In this document: positions 1 through 10,291 of the stretch, piece after piece
Layout of the letters: each line of letters opens with the position of its first letter
Numbering within the stretch: the first letter of the stretch is position 1
NCBI GenBank assembly: GCA_900550495.1
Contig: URSJ01000005.1
Span: forward strand, 9,056 to 73,055
Length of the DNA: 64,000 nucleotides
Direction of reading: 5' to 3'
DNA from: an uncultured Rickettsiales bacterium
Lineage (GTDB): Bacteria > Pseudomonadota > Alphaproteobacteria > Rs-D84
Translations under genes and position numbers: made by a program
The notes under the pieces: generated by a model
What the model was told of the DNA's origin: nothing
Seen by the model: the letters and a program-made list of their open reading frames with translations, nothing else
The model's database searches: none

Positions 1-102
1 TGGAAATCCACACACAAAATCTGCCAGTTGCTGGGCAACAATCTCAGGCGTCAGACCGTGCGTTTTTATTTGTTCGATATCTGGGGTGGAAAATTCTGTC
101 AT
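1..102 (-). CDS. First 34 codons of a gene running off the left edge; N-terminus resembles DUF4301-family proteins
   Basis: ATG at 100-102 (minus) reads MTEFSTPDIEQIKTHGLTPEIVAQQLADFVCGFP. Too short for the ORF track. The family call is from remembered DUF4301 N-termini only. Confidence 0.3.
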   Translation of the reverse strand, partial: MTEFSTPDIEQIKTHGLTPEIVAQQLADFVCGFP

Positions 103-241
103 AATTATGAATCCCTTGGGTTATTGTCAGAATAATACAAAAAAAATTTGTGCGCAATATATTCCTGATGGCTTGAAAACAGGACGTGTGATATTATATA
201 TCTGATGACAGAAATAAAAAATAAACAGGAGGATTTAAAAT

Positions 242-2299
242 ATGAATCCAGAAGAAATGCAAGAAACGCCACAACAGGCGATTGAAAAATATACGACAGA
301 CTTTACTAAACTGGCGGCCGATGGAAAACTGGACCCAGTGATTGGTCGTGATGAAGAAATTCGTCGCACTATCCAGGTATTGTCGCGCCGCACAAAAAAT
401 AACCCGGTGCTGATTGGTAATCCAGGGGTTGGTAAAACAGCAATAGTAGAAGGTTTGGCCGAACGAATCGTTTCGGGTGACGTTCCAGAAAATCTGTTAA
501 AGAAAAAACTGTTGTCGTTGGACATGGGGGCACTGATGGCGGGCGCGATGTTCCGTGGCCAGTTCGAGGCGCGTTTCAAGGCGATATTAAAAGCGGTCAA
601 AGAAGCCGATGGTGGAATTATTCTGTTCATTGACGAATTACATACGTTGGTCGGTGCCGGCAAAGGTGAAGGCAGTATGGATGCTGGTAATCTGTTAAAG
701 CCTATGTTGGCGCGTGGCGAATTGCACTGTTTGGGCGCAACCACACTGGACGAATATCGTCAGTATATTGAAAAAGATCCAGCGCTGGCGCGTCGGTTTC
801 AGCCCGTCTATGTGGACGAGCCGACCGTTGATGACACAATTTCAATTTTGCGTGGGTTAAAAGAAAAATACGAAGGTCATCATGGTGTGCGGATTTCAGA
901 TTCTGCGCTGGTTTCGGCAGTTAAATTATCGAATCGGTATATTACAGACCGCTTTTTGCCAGATAAAGCGATTGATTTAATTGACGAGGCTGCCGCTCGT
1001 GTCCGTATTGAAATCGCGTCTAAGCCCGAAAAGTTGGACGAAGTTGATCGTCATTTGATGCAACTGAAAATAGAACAACAAGCATTAAAAAAGGAAAAAG
1101 ATGCGGATTCTAAAAAGCGTTTGGGCGAACTGGACAAATTGATTGCAGAATTGCAAAACGAATCGAATAAAATGACTGCTGATTGGCGGGCCGAGCAGAG
1201 TAAAATGCGTGCACTGTCCGATGCGATGGCGTCGTTGGATTCTGCCAAGGCCGAGGTTGCAACCGCCATGCGTAATGGCGATTATGAAAAGGCGTCTGCA
1301 TTGCAATATGGCAAGGTTCCAGAACTGGAAGAACAAATTCGCAAGCTGAACGCGGACGCACGCGAGTACAAGACGGTTCTGCCGGAACATATTGCCGCGG
1401 TTGTCAGTAAATGGACCGGTGTCCCAGCCGACAAGTTGACGATGGAAGAGCAATCAAAATTGCTGAACATAGAAGATGAATTGCGTAAACGTGTCGTTGG
1501 CCAGGATCACGCATTGACGGTTGTCGCGCGTGCGATTCGGCGCAGTCGTGCCGGATTGTCTGACCCACATCGCCCCGCCGGCAGTTTTATGTTCTTGGGG
1601 CCAACCGGCGTCGGCAAGACCGAGGTAGCCAAGGCACTGGCGGAATATTTATTTAACGACGATACGGCGATGACCAGAATTGATATGAGTGAATATATGG
1701 AACCGCATTCGGTGTCGCGCCTGATTGGCAGTCCCCCGGGATACGTTGGCTATGAACAGGGTGGGGTGCTGACCGAATCGGTGCGCCGTCGTCCGTATCA
1801 GGTATTGCTGTTTGATGAAATTGAAAAGGCAAACCCAGACGTGTTTAATGTGTTTCTGCAAATCTTGGACGATGGTCGTTTGACCGACGGCCAGGGTCAT
1901 GTTGTGAACTTTACAAACACGATTATCATTATGACCAGCAATTTGCCGTCAATGGACGCAGTGAAACATCAATTCCGCCCAGAATTCATCAATCGTATTG
2001 ATGAAATCGTGTTCTTTAACCCATTGGGCAAAGATATTATGGCGGGTATCGTCAAGATTCAATTGCGCAATCTGGAACGTCGTCTGGCTGACCGTCGCAT
2101 CACATTAAATGTATCTGATGCTGCGATTAAATGGTTGGGTGATAATGGATATGACGAAGCGTTTGGTGCGCGCCCATTAAAACGTCTGATTACATCCGCC
2201 GTTGAAGATAAAATCGCAGATTTGATTTTATCGGGTACCGTGGGTGAAGGAAGCACTGTCTATGTTGATGTTCATGGCAAAGAACTGACCGTCAAATAA
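242..2299 (+). CDS. clpB: ClpB disaggregase chaperone (AAA+), lacking the N-terminal Clp_N domain
   Basis: 685-aa ORF 9 nt after AGGAGG (227-232). Two Walker A motifs ([16 protein letters not shown]) and a coiled-coil middle domain. Colinear by eye with E. coli ClpB from about residue 150 ([19 protein letters not shown]...). Confidence 0.95.
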   Translation: MNPEEMQETPQQAIEKYTTDFTKLAADGKLDPVIGRDEEIRRTIQVLSRRTKNNPVLIGNPGVGKTAIVEGLAERIVSGDVPENLLKKKLLSLDMGALMAGAMFRGQFEARFKAILKAVKEADGGIILFIDELHTLVGAGKGEGSMDAGNLLKPMLARGELHCLGATTLDEYRQYIEKDPALARRFQPVYVDEPTVDDTISILRGLKEKYEGHHGVRISDSALVSAVKLSNRYITDRFLPDKAIDLIDEAAARVRIEIASKPEKLDEVDRHLMQLKIEQQALKKEKDADSKKRLGELDKLIAELQNESNKMTADWRAEQSKMRALSDAMASLDSAKAEVATAMRNGDYEKASALQYGKVPELEEQIRKLNADAREYKTVLPEHIAAVVSKWTGVPADKLTMEEQSKLLNIEDELRKRVVGQDHALTVVARAIRRSRAGLSDPHRPAGSFMFLGPTGVGKTEVAKALAEYLFNDDTAMTRIDMSEYMEPHSVSRLIGSPPGYVGYEQGGVLTESVRRRPYQVLLFDEIEKANPDVFNVFLQILDDGRLTDGQGHVVNFTNTIIIMTSNLPSMDAVKHQFRPEFINRIDEIVFFNPLGKDIMAGIVKIQLRNLERRLADRRITLNVSDAAIKWLGDNGYDEAFGARPLKRLITSAVEDKIADLILSGTVGEGSTVYVDVHGKELTVK

Positions 2300-2317
2300 G
2301 ATATGTTTGTTCGTATG

Positions 2318-2352
2318 AAGAAAGCCCCATATTTGTGGGGCTTTCTTTTTTA
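2318..2352. terminator. Bidirectional intrinsic terminator between clpB and the convergent gene
   Basis: GAAGAAAGCCCCA / TGGGGCTTTCTT hairpin followed by a T-run. Confidence 0.6.
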
Positions 2353-2362
2353 TATACACTTT

Positions 2363-3076
2363 TTATTTTTGGTTTGCCATTGTCAATTTTTGTTGCAGTA
2401 ATGCGCGGACAAATTCCGCACGGCGCGCGGCATCAATAATGTCTGGTGCGCGGTTTTGCAATGCGGCGACACGCATTGGAATTCTAACATTTGTGCGAAT
2501 TTGTGCATGCAATGAATATGGCACGGTCACGTGGGCCGATATCGCTGGGCGTGTATTACGCACTGGCAATGGGCGCATTGTTTTTTTGCGGGTGTTCTTG
2601 GTACGTGCGCGTACGCGACGTTGTGTCTTCTTTTTTGTGCGGCGTTTTGCAACTGTGATTGGTGTGCCAGCAGTCATTGCATTTACTATTTGCAGTTTGG
2701 GCATAATGCCGTTTCGGCGCACCAACAACTGGACAAAATCGGCGTGATTGGTGTCAAATACACTAGAATAATAAAAACGGTTTGTTGCGGCGTCAAACGC
2801 GATTTCTGTGGTGCCGTTCTGAATTAATAATGGCATTTCGCCCGTTTTAGTATCAACCAGATACAGTCTGTTTTCTGTCCCGCGTGGCGTAATTACTGTG
2901 CGACGAATCGCAATGTATGACATATTGGGGAACGTTGCAACAACCTGGAACGGTTGTGATGCAAAACCGATACCTTGCACGCGACGCATCTGACCATACA
3001 TATCGGTCATATACAGGGCATAATGCCCGCCTGCGGTTTTTATACATTTAAAATTATTTTGTATTACGTTATTCAT
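2363..3076 (-). CDS. Hypothetical protein with a central Lys/Arg-rich segment
   Basis: The long ORF (track 2363..3085) begins at GTG. ATG at 3076 sits 10 nt after AAGG. No recognisable motif. Confidence 0.5.
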   Translation of the reverse strand: MNNVIQNNFKCIKTAGGHYALYMTDMYGQMRRVQGIGFASQPFQVVATFPNMSYIAIRRTVITPRGTENRLYLVDTKTGEMPLLIQNGTTEIAFDAATNRFYYSSVFDTNHADFVQLLVRRNGIMPKLQIVNAMTAGTPITVAKRRTKKKTQRRVRARTKNTRKKTMRPLPVRNTRPAISAHVTVPYSLHAQIRTNVRIPMRVAALQNRAPDIIDAARRAEFVRALLQQKLTMANQK

Positions 3077-3091
3077 ATAAAACACGCCTTG

Positions 3092-4909
3092 TTACTTTGA
3101 CTTTGTTTTTTTGATTGCCTTGAACTGAATATCGCGCAGTTTTTTGTATTCCCCGCCCAGCGCACACAGTTCGGAATCTGTTCCTTGTTCGACGATATGA
3201 CCGTCCTTAATCACACATATTATATCAGCATCCAAGATTGTTGACAAGCGGTGTGCGATAACAAATGTTGTGCGCCCCACCATCAGGCTTTTTAATGCCG
3301 ATTGAATCAATTTCTCACTCTGGGTGTCCAGAGCTGATGTCGCCTCGTCCAGTAACAGAATAGGCGCGTCTTTTAAAATTGCGCGTGCAATTGCAATACG
3401 CTGTTTCTGCCCCCCAGATAATAACGCGCCCCCTTCGCCAACGGTGGATTTGTATTTCTTGGGGAATTTCATGATGAAATCATGCGCATTTGCCGCCCGA
3501 GCCGCCGCGATAACCTGGTCAGGGGTGGCGTCAGGACTGCCGTATTTGATGTTATCTTCAATTGTGCCATTGAACAAAAACACATCTTGGGATACTTCCG
3601 CAATATTCTGACGCAGTGATTTCAGTGTGTATTTCTTGATGTCGGTGCGGTTGATTTCAACCTTGCCTGATTGTGGGTCGTAAAACCGTTCCAGCAAATT
3701 AAACATCGTGGTCTTTCCACCGCCCGATGGCCCAACCAAGGCACAAACCCGACCCGCCGGCACGTGCAAGTGTATATCGCGCAATACCGGTTCGTCCGGA
3801 TTATACGCAAATGTGACATGATGGAAATCAACTGACATCTTTTTATCAGATTTCAATTCGCGCGCGTTTGGGGCGTCTTGAATTTCCGGCTTGCTGTCCA
3901 GAAAGTCAAACAAAACCTCGGCCGCCAGCAGGCCATGCTGAACCGTGTTTCCAGTGCCGGTAATGCTTTTTGCAGGTTTGTATGCGGCTGTTAATGCCAA
4001 CAAGAATGCCGTAAAGTCACCAGTTGAAATCGCACCCGTCACAATAAAGTGCCCACCGATAATTAACGCCAGGCACAGCCCGATTGAAATCATCAATTCC
4101 AGCAATGGCGATTGCAAGGCGTGGGCCTGGGTGCTTTTATATGAATTGCACATTGATGTGTCCAGCACGTGGCGAAAACGTTTGGTTTCAGATTCTTCGG
4201 TTGCAAACGCTTGAATTGTTTTGATTCCATGCAGAGTTTGATTCAAATGCTGTGATACGTTGTTCGCGATACCAAACGACTCGCGCGACAGCCGCCGCCG
4301 CTTGCGCATAATTAGCACCATTGGCACCATAATCGCTGGCACCAAGAATATCAATACCGCGCACATCTGAGGCGCGTAATACACCATCAAACCCAATGTC
4401 ATCATCAGGGTTGCAACCTGTTGAATCGTGCTGACGATTGTGCCAGTGACCAAGGTCAACACCGCGCCGGCCTGGACACTGAAATAGTTCAAATTCTTGC
4501 CGATACCGTCGCCATAGAATTTTGAAATATTCATTTTGACCATGTGATTATAAATGCGCTGTTGTAAATTCGCACTGGCCAACAGTCCAGCCTTGGCCAT
4601 CAGCAGGGCCTTGGAATAATTAAAAGCGCCCTTGAATCCGAACGCAGCAATGATTTGCAAGCCGAATATATATATAGATTGCATACTGCGTTCAATAAAT
4701 GCCTTGTCCACGATGCGTTGAACCAGGGTAATAGTATATGCCTCGGCTGCGGATGCGCCGATTGTCGCGATGATGCCCGCCAACAGCCATTTCCATTGTG
4801 GTTTGCCGATTTCGCGCCAAACGCGCCCATATAGTGACCATTTAATACGGACATTGGACGCATCGCCCTTGACCAAAGTTTTTACTTTTTCAGATATTTT
4901 ATTTAACAT
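3092..4909 (-). CDS. ABC transporter, fused permease/ATP-binding protein (MsbA/lipid-exporter-like)
   Basis: Six-TM N-terminal half. Walker A GPSGGGKTT, signature LSGGQKQR, Walker B ILLLDEATS. The track ORF extends to 5032 but that extension overlaps tRNA-Ala; start moved to M42 (ATG 4907-4909). Confidence 0.9.
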   Translation of the reverse strand: MLNKISEKVKTLVKGDASNVRIKWSLYGRVWREIGKPQWKWLLAGIIATIGASAAEAYTITLVQRIVDKAFIERSMQSIYIFGLQIIAAFGFKGAFNYSKALLMAKAGLLASANLQQRIYNHMVKMNISKFYGDGIGKNLNYFSVQAGAVLTLVTGTIVSTIQQVATLMMTLGLMVYYAPQMCAVLIFLVPAIMVPMVLIMRKRRRLSRESFGIANNVSQHLNQTLHGIKTIQAFATEESETKRFRHVLDTSMCNSYKSTQAHALQSPLLELMISIGLCLALIIGGHFIVTGAISTGDFTAFLLALTAAYKPAKSITGTGNTVQHGLLAAEVLFDFLDSKPEIQDAPNARELKSDKKMSVDFHHVTFAYNPDEPVLRDIHLHVPAGRVCALVGPSGGGKTTMFNLLERFYDPQSGKVEINRTDIKKYTLKSLRQNIAEVSQDVFLFNGTIEDNIKYGSPDATPDQVIAAARAANAHDFIMKFPKKYKSTVGEGGALLSGGQKQRIAIARAILKDAPILLLDEATSALDTQSEKLIQSALKSLMVGRTTFVIAHRLSTILDADIICVIKDGHIVEQGTDSELCALGGEYKKLRDIQFKAIKKTKSK

Positions 4910-5024
4910 AGCGGCACTATTATAAAGTGATATATAAAAACTGTCCAGTGAAAGATTTGCATTGACAACGGGCGTAAAAGTGTATAAAATGCGTGGGCTT
5001 TCAGAAATGAAAGGGCAAAGTTTT

Positions 5025-5100
5025 GGGGTCATAGCTCAGTTGGTAGAGCACCTGCTTTGCAAGCAGGGGGTCGTCAGTTCGAGTCTGATTGGCTCCACCA
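5025..5100 (+). tRNA. tRNA-Ala (anticodon UGC), CCA encoded
   Basis: 76-nt cloverleaf GGGGTCATAGCTCAG...TGGCTCCACCA. G3:U70 identity pair, anticodon loop TTTGCAA, T-loop GTTCGAGTC. Confidence 0.95.
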
Positions 5101-5142
5101 AAAAATTGATACAAATGTCACGCTAAAGGGGGTGAATGCATT

Positions 5143-5349
5143 ATGGTGAAGGTTCTGGTTCGCGACAATAACGTTGAACAGGCGTTGCGCGTTGCAAAAC
5201 GTAAATCTCAGAAAGAAGGTCTGTACCGCGAAATGAAAGAACGTCAGCGTTATGAAAAACCAACAACAAAGCGCAAACGTTTGAAGGAAGAGGCTGTGCG
5301 TAACGAAAAAAAACGTCAGTCGAAACAAAGAATGGTCTTTGGATTCTAA
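5143..5349 (+). CDS. rpsU: 30S ribosomal protein S21
   Basis: 68-aa basic protein [21 protein letters not shown]..., typical S21. Confidence 0.95.
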   Translation: MVKVLVRDNNVEQALRVAKRKSQKEGLYREMKERQRYEKPTTKRKRLKEEAVRNEKKRQSKQRMVFGF

Positions 5350-5350
5350 T

Positions 5351-5377
5351 AAAAATGCCCCGTTTGGGGCGTTTTTT
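5351..5377 (+). terminator. Intrinsic terminator of rpsU
   Basis: AAAAATGCCCCGTTTGGGGCGTTTTTT. Confidence 0.7.
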
Positions 5378-5378
5378 A

Positions 5379-5538
5379 TTTAGAGAGCAGAGAGCAATGA
5401 TTGTGCTCGCGTCCGCTTGCGATATTTATATGACCCCAGAATCCAGGTATATGGAGTTGCGCGTATGCGCACCAGCTATTAGTTCCCATCCACCGGAGTG
5501 GAACTTAGTCTGTGCCGGGGGGCGGCATTGCACTCTAA
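5379..5538. repeat. About 160-bp non-coding element bounded by imperfect inverted repeats (TTTAGAGAGCA...CAATG / CATTGCACTCTAA)
   Basis: Terminal IRs read directly. The same TTTAGAG(A/T)GCA end motif recurs at 33073-33083 and 44799-44840, each time right after a terminator. Confidence 0.3.
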
Positions 5539-5565
5539 TAAAAAAATGCGCCATTGGCGCACTTT

Positions 5566-6030
5566 TTATTTATTAAACTTGTGATATGGGTTGTCGGCAA
5601 CCTTGGTTGGCAATAGCGAGAACACAAACATCACCACACTGGCGAAAATCGACAAGAACGGTATCACGCACAGCGCATATATAAACCACCACCACGCCGA
5701 CAGGCCCGCGTCATGCAGACGCCGTGTGCGCAGCGAAATCAGCGGGATTGCAATCGCGAGACTGTAAATCACGCCCAACAATATCATCAGGCCGAACATC
5801 ACACTGACATCGCCTGAAAGTGCAAAGTCAATGGTCATGCCCATTACCACCAATATGCCCCAAATCATATAAATCAGAGCATTGACCAACGTTGTCCACC
5901 AGAATTCAGACCGTGACGATGTGCCCGCCCATTCTGTAAATCCACGCCGCCAGAAAGCCGCATACGCCAAGAACATATTTGTATATGTTGTGCTGGATTG
6001 AACTTTCTTTGATTTTTTAACGTTTGGCAT
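5566..6030 (-). CDS. DUF805-family inner-membrane protein
   Basis: RSEFWW..., multiple TM helices, and the RRLHDAGLSAWWW motif typical of DUF805 (YhaH/YhaI-like). Confidence 0.8.
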   Translation of the reverse strand: MPNVKKSKKVQSSTTYTNMFLAYAAFWRRGFTEWAGTSSRSEFWWTTLVNALIYMIWGILVVMGMTIDFALSGDVSVMFGLMILLGVIYSLAIAIPLISLRTRRLHDAGLSAWWWFIYALCVIPFLSIFASVVMFVFSLLPTKVADNPYHKFNK

Positions 6031-6318
6031 AGAAATTCCTTTTTGTTTTGTTATGTCATTCTAGCACAATTTTTCCCACGTGCACAGGAATTTTATTTTT
6101 GTTCCCCTTTCTGGAGAGCCAATAACAACGATTTTGTTCATGTTCATTTGTTACATATAAACGTCAGATTGAATACAAAACAGCGTTGACGCACACCGAT
6201 TTTCGGGCTGTAATTTATCAATAATTATGCAGAATTCAAACCGTTGGTTTTGTTCAGCATGATATACAGTAATGTATCCGTGGGGGACGGTTTCATGATG
6301 TGTTATGTGTGTCGTTTT

Positions 6319-9105
6319 TTATTTTCCCCATTCGGGTGCGATAACGTATTCGGCCGCCAGTGGCACGGTCAATGTTGTTACATGAGTCATCGCGTACTGA
6401 ATTTGCGTCGCAAATTCAGCAGCGACCGCCGCGTCACATTCAAATACCATTTCATCATGAACCTGCATAATCAGTTTTATTTTGTCGGCATTGGGACGGA
6501 CAATGTCGCGGTATATTTGCACCATGGCACGCCGCATCAGGTCAGCCTCGAACCCCTGGATTGGGGCATTGACCGCGGCACGCATTGCGTATGCACGCAG
6601 ACGGGGATTGCGAACCTCGGGTAATTCGATGCGGCGACCCCACGGGGTATATACGCACGCGTTCTGCATTGCGAAATCGCGCGTTTTGGTGATGTATTTT
6701 TCAATTTCTGGCAATCCCGCCATATATGAATTTATCAGTTCTGCCGCTGCTGCGCGGGATATGCCCAACTGGCCCGCCAGGCCGAATGACGATATTCCGT
6801 ATATTATAGAAAAATTTACTGTCTTGGCCGCACGACGCATTTCACGCGGAACGGGTGCACCTGGTGCAATACCGAAAATCTTGCGTGCGGTTTGTTCGTG
6901 AATATCGGTGCCTGCGTGAAATGTTTCTTTGAACGTTGCAACGTTGGCAACGTCTGCCAACAGACGCAGTTGAATCTGGGAATAGTCAACCGAAATCAAC
7001 AACCGACCCGTCGGCGCAACAAAACATTTTCGAATCTGTTCCCCCAGTTCGGTTTTAATCGGGATGTTTTGCAGATTTGGATCACGACTGGACAGACGCC
7101 CAGTGTTCGTACTGGTCTGTAAATAGGTGGTGTGAATACGACCGTCTGATGCAATCTGGCGCGGCAATGTGTCCGCGTATGTGCCAGCTAACTTGGCGAT
7201 AGAACGCCATGACAGAATTTTATCAATTATAGGATGCGCGTCAGACAGGTCGCCCAGGGCATCGGCATCGGTGGAACGTTTTTTGTTCGCAGGCAATTTT
7301 AATTCATCAAATAAAACAGCACCAAGTTGTTTAGGACTGGCGATATTAAACTCGTGGCCTGCCTGTTCCCATATTTCTGATTCCAGTTTGCCCAGGCTGT
7401 CGTGAAAGGCACCTGACAGTTGCTGCAGCCCCGTACGATTGACCAAAACGCCTGCGCGTTCCATCTGAACTAATATCGGCATCAGGGGTAAATCGCATGT
7501 TTCATATAATTCGCGCAATTGTGCATTTGCGTCCAGGCGTGGTCGTAATATTTCATACAGTGCCATACAAACGGTTGCGTCTTCGGCCGCATAGGGTGCG
7601 GCGACAGATATGTCCAGACGCGCAAAGTGCATGTCGGCATCGCGTGTCTTGGGCGGAAACAGCGACGCAAAATGGATATTTTCGTGCCCCAGGTGCAACA
7701 TCGCCAGTTCGTCCAGGCCGTGCCCGTGCAGTGTCCCGTCCAATGCATAAGACAACAACATCGTATCATCAACAGGGGTGATTTTTTCAATATCCCAGCC
7801 GTCGTTTGCCATAATGTGCAGGTCGTATTTTAGGTTATGGCCGACCTTGGTAATATTGGGATTTTCCAGTATCGGACGCAGGACGTCATACACAATAGCA
7901 ACTGATAGCTGGTGCGGGGCAGGTGTGTCGGTGCCGAACAAATCGTTTGTGGATGCTGCGTGACGCAATGGAATATATACGCCATGCGTTGCGTCTGCCG
8001 CCAGAGAAATTCCCACCATTTTATCGGCGATTGGATTCAGTCCCGTTGTTTCGGTGTCAATCGCAATCACGTTTTTTACCCGTGATAGAAATTGTTTCAG
8101 CGCGGTAACGTCCTGGATTATTTCGAACGTCATTGGGCGCACAGGGGTGGGCCGGGGTGCCGGGGTGCGGGGTGTGGTGGTAATTTCCACCGGGCATTGT
8201 GATGCGGCAAACTGAAATTCTGGCACAGCGTGTGACGCGTCAAATTTTTCCAACGGGAACAGTTTTTCAATCTTTGCCACCAGCGAATTGCTTTCCAATT
8301 TTGTGCGGACAAAATCCAACGCTGCTGGTGTGTTAAACCGAAAAGGTGTAATTTCCAGGCCAGACAAATCCACATCTGATTTTAATTGCACCAGTTTGCG
8401 CGATACGTATGCCATTTCGCGATTGTCGCGCAACAGATTGCGCGTGCGTTCATTTTGAATTTCAGCCAGGTGGTCATACAGTGCGTCCAGACTGCCAAAC
8501 TGGTTTATTAATTCGGCGGCCTTTTTCGGGCCGATGCCTGGGACACCAGGCACATTGTCAGACGAATCGCCCATCAGTGCCTGGACGTCAACTACGCGGT
8601 CGGGTGTGACACCGAATTTTTCCAGCACACCGGGCGCACGGATTTCGCGCTGTTTCATACCGTCATACAAGAACACACAATTGGATACCAATTGCATTAA
8701 ATCCTTGTCGCCGGTGATGATGCGTGTGCTGTCGGTGGCAGAACAATTTTGCCGCGCCAGGGTTGCGATTACATCGTCTGCTTCGACCCCGGGAATACAT
8801 AATACTGGCATTCCCATTGCTGCTGCGCCGGTGCGCACCATGTGCGATTGTGTTATTAAATCATCTGGGGTTTCAGGACGGTTGGCCTTGTATGCAGGAT
8901 AAATATCCTGACGAAAAGAAATGCGCGACGCGTCAAACACGCACACAAATGCGTCGTCGGGGCGGGCTGCCGATAATATAGGTAACATCATATTGAAAAA
9001 TCCATACACTGCGCCCACAGGTGTTCCGTCACTGCGCGTCAGGCGACTGTGCACGCCGTAATAGGCACGAAATAATAACGAATTTCCATCAATTAGTGTC
9101 AGCAT
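6319..9105 (-). CDS. polA: DNA polymerase I
   Basis: 928 aa. 5'-3' exonuclease N-terminus (LIDGNSLLFRAYY), 3'-5' exo region, and family-A polymerase motifs (DYSQIQLRLLA, RRAAKTVNFSIIYG, QVHDE). Confidence 0.97.
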   Translation of the reverse strand: MLTLIDGNSLLFRAYYGVHSRLTRSDGTPVGAVYGFFNMMLPILSAARPDDAFVCVFDASRISFRQDIYPAYKANRPETPDDLITQSHMVRTGAAAMGMPVLCIPGVEADDVIATLARQNCSATDSTRIITGDKDLMQLVSNCVFLYDGMKQREIRAPGVLEKFGVTPDRVVDVQALMGDSSDNVPGVPGIGPKKAAELINQFGSLDALYDHLAEIQNERTRNLLRDNREMAYVSRKLVQLKSDVDLSGLEITPFRFNTPAALDFVRTKLESNSLVAKIEKLFPLEKFDASHAVPEFQFAASQCPVEITTTPRTPAPRPTPVRPMTFEIIQDVTALKQFLSRVKNVIAIDTETTGLNPIADKMVGISLAADATHGVYIPLRHAASTNDLFGTDTPAPHQLSVAIVYDVLRPILENPNITKVGHNLKYDLHIMANDGWDIEKITPVDDTMLLSYALDGTLHGHGLDELAMLHLGHENIHFASLFPPKTRDADMHFARLDISVAAPYAAEDATVCMALYEILRPRLDANAQLRELYETCDLPLMPILVQMERAGVLVNRTGLQQLSGAFHDSLGKLESEIWEQAGHEFNIASPKQLGAVLFDELKLPANKKRSTDADALGDLSDAHPIIDKILSWRSIAKLAGTYADTLPRQIASDGRIHTTYLQTSTNTGRLSSRDPNLQNIPIKTELGEQIRKCFVAPTGRLLISVDYSQIQLRLLADVANVATFKETFHAGTDIHEQTARKIFGIAPGAPVPREMRRAAKTVNFSIIYGISSFGLAGQLGISRAAAAELINSYMAGLPEIEKYITKTRDFAMQNACVYTPWGRRIELPEVRNPRLRAYAMRAAVNAPIQGFEADLMRRAMVQIYRDIVRPNADKIKLIMQVHDEMVFECDAAVAAEFATQIQYAMTHVTTLTVPLAAEYVIAPEWGK

Positions 9106-9170
9106 TTGAATTTTTCCATATAACTGTTTAATAAAACGTGGGGACGCAAATCGCGCCCCCTGGTATTTAA

Positions 9171-9716
9171 TTAAAATACATAGCGCAATTTCAGGCGACC
9201 TTCGTATTGCAAAATGTCTGGCTTTTTGTTGCCAAGTTCATAGATGTCAGGTGCATACAGGGCGCGTGCTTCGGCATCGATCTTGATTGGTAATGCCGGC
9301 ACATCAAATGTCAGCCCCAGCATTCCTTGGTATGCTGCGCCATGCTTGATGTCAACCGATGGAATATCAATATCGCCACCGAACACACCACCAATACCAA
9401 CGCCCAGATATGGATGCACAACCGTTGACGGCATTTTAACATACAGGTTTGCCATGCCAACGTGCATTTTTACCAAATCACTGCTCAGGTAACTGTATTC
9501 GCCCTCGATACGCAGAACGGGAATATCAAAACCCAGAACCGCGCCATATGATTGCGCATTTTCGGTCTTGTTGTCGTGACCACCAAACTGGCTGGACGCG
9601 CCAACACCGATTGTCGCACCGGCATAAAAATCATACAAGACATTACTTGCATTGGCATTTGCGCCAGTGAACAGGACAGACGCCATGGTTAAAATGCCTG
9701 CAGTTTTTAATTTCAT
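9171..9716 (-). CDS. Small outer-membrane beta-barrel protein (OmpW/Opa-like)
   Basis: Signal peptide ...TGANANA, alternating beta-strand pattern, C-terminal ...LKLRYVF. AGGAG RBS. Confidence 0.75.
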   Translation of the reverse strand: MKLKTAGILTMASVLFTGANANASNVLYDFYAGATIGVGASSQFGGHDNKTENAQSYGAVLGFDIPVLRIEGEYSYLSSDLVKMHVGMANLYVKMPSTVVHPYLGVGIGGVFGGDIDIPSVDIKHGAAYQGMLGLTFDVPALPIKIDAEARALYAPDIYELGNKKPDILQYEGRLKLRYVF

Positions 9717-9763
9717 ATTTTTCTCCTTTGTGTGATATTATAATAGAAAAAAGAGATATTGAT

Positions 9764-10291
9764 ATGCAAGAAAATAAACCTGTTTTGGTCGTCGGACTGG
9801 GCAATCCTGGGGCGCAATATGCACGCACACGCCACAATGTTGGATTTATGGCGGTGCAAAAATTAGCCGGGGCGGATGCCACATGGCGCAGTGAAAAAAA
9901 TGCCAAAACTACATCCGGGGATATTGATGGACGTCGTGTTATATTCGCAATGCCCCAAACATTTATGAACCTGTCTGGGGACGCAGTTCGACCACTGATG
10001 GCATTTTATAAAATTCCGCTGGAAAATTTAATCGTGATTCACGACGATATGGATTTAGCGGTTGGTCGCATAAAGACCAAGATTGGTGGTGGCAGTGCAG
10101 GTCACAATGGCATTAAATCAATCGACGCGGCTGTTGGCAATGAATACTGCCGTATTAGAATCGGTATCGGTCATCCGCGTGATTTAGAAATCCCTATGTC
10201 GCCAGCAGATTGGGTTCTGGGAAAATTTGACGATGCGCAGATAACAAAAATAAATCATGCGATTTCAGAAATCAATTTGTTTAGCATTTAA
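9764..10291 (+). CDS. pth: Peptidyl-tRNA hydrolase
   Basis: LVVGLGNPGAQYARTRHNVGF and HNGIKS motifs. ATG at 9764 preferred to the TTG at 9728 used by the track. Confidence 0.95.
   Translation: MQENKPVLVVGLGNPGAQYARTRHNVGFMAVQKLAGADATWRSEKNAKTTSGDIDGRRVIFAMPQTFMNLSGDAVRPLMAFYKIPLENLIVIHDDMDLAVGRIKTKIGGGSAGHNGIKSIDAAVGNEYCRIRIGIGHPRDLEIPMSPADWVLGKFDDAQITKINHAISEINLFSI

Noticed and set aside
235-744. 169-aa ORF antisense to clpB. The same class includes 32245..33084 (279 aa, antisense to tsf), 18877..19557, 20871..21542, 34958..35512, 40678..41286 and many shorter track ORFs inside long genes.
   Set aside because: Each lies entirely within a strongly supported gene on the opposite strand. They have low-complexity or Arg/Cys-rich odd composition, no RBS and no recognisable motifs. 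They are typical shadow ORFs.
4910-5032. 5' extension of the ABC-transporter ORF. The same applies to 16958..17107 of the large secreted protein ORF.
   Set aside because: These extensions read through tRNA-Ala and tRNA-Leu respectively. Internal ATGs with sensible N-termini (membrane domain or signal peptide) were used instead.
5355-5576. 73-aa ORF inside the IR-bounded element.
   Set aside because: It spans the element's inverted-repeat ends and a terminator hairpin, has no RBS, and its composition is unlike proteins in this window.
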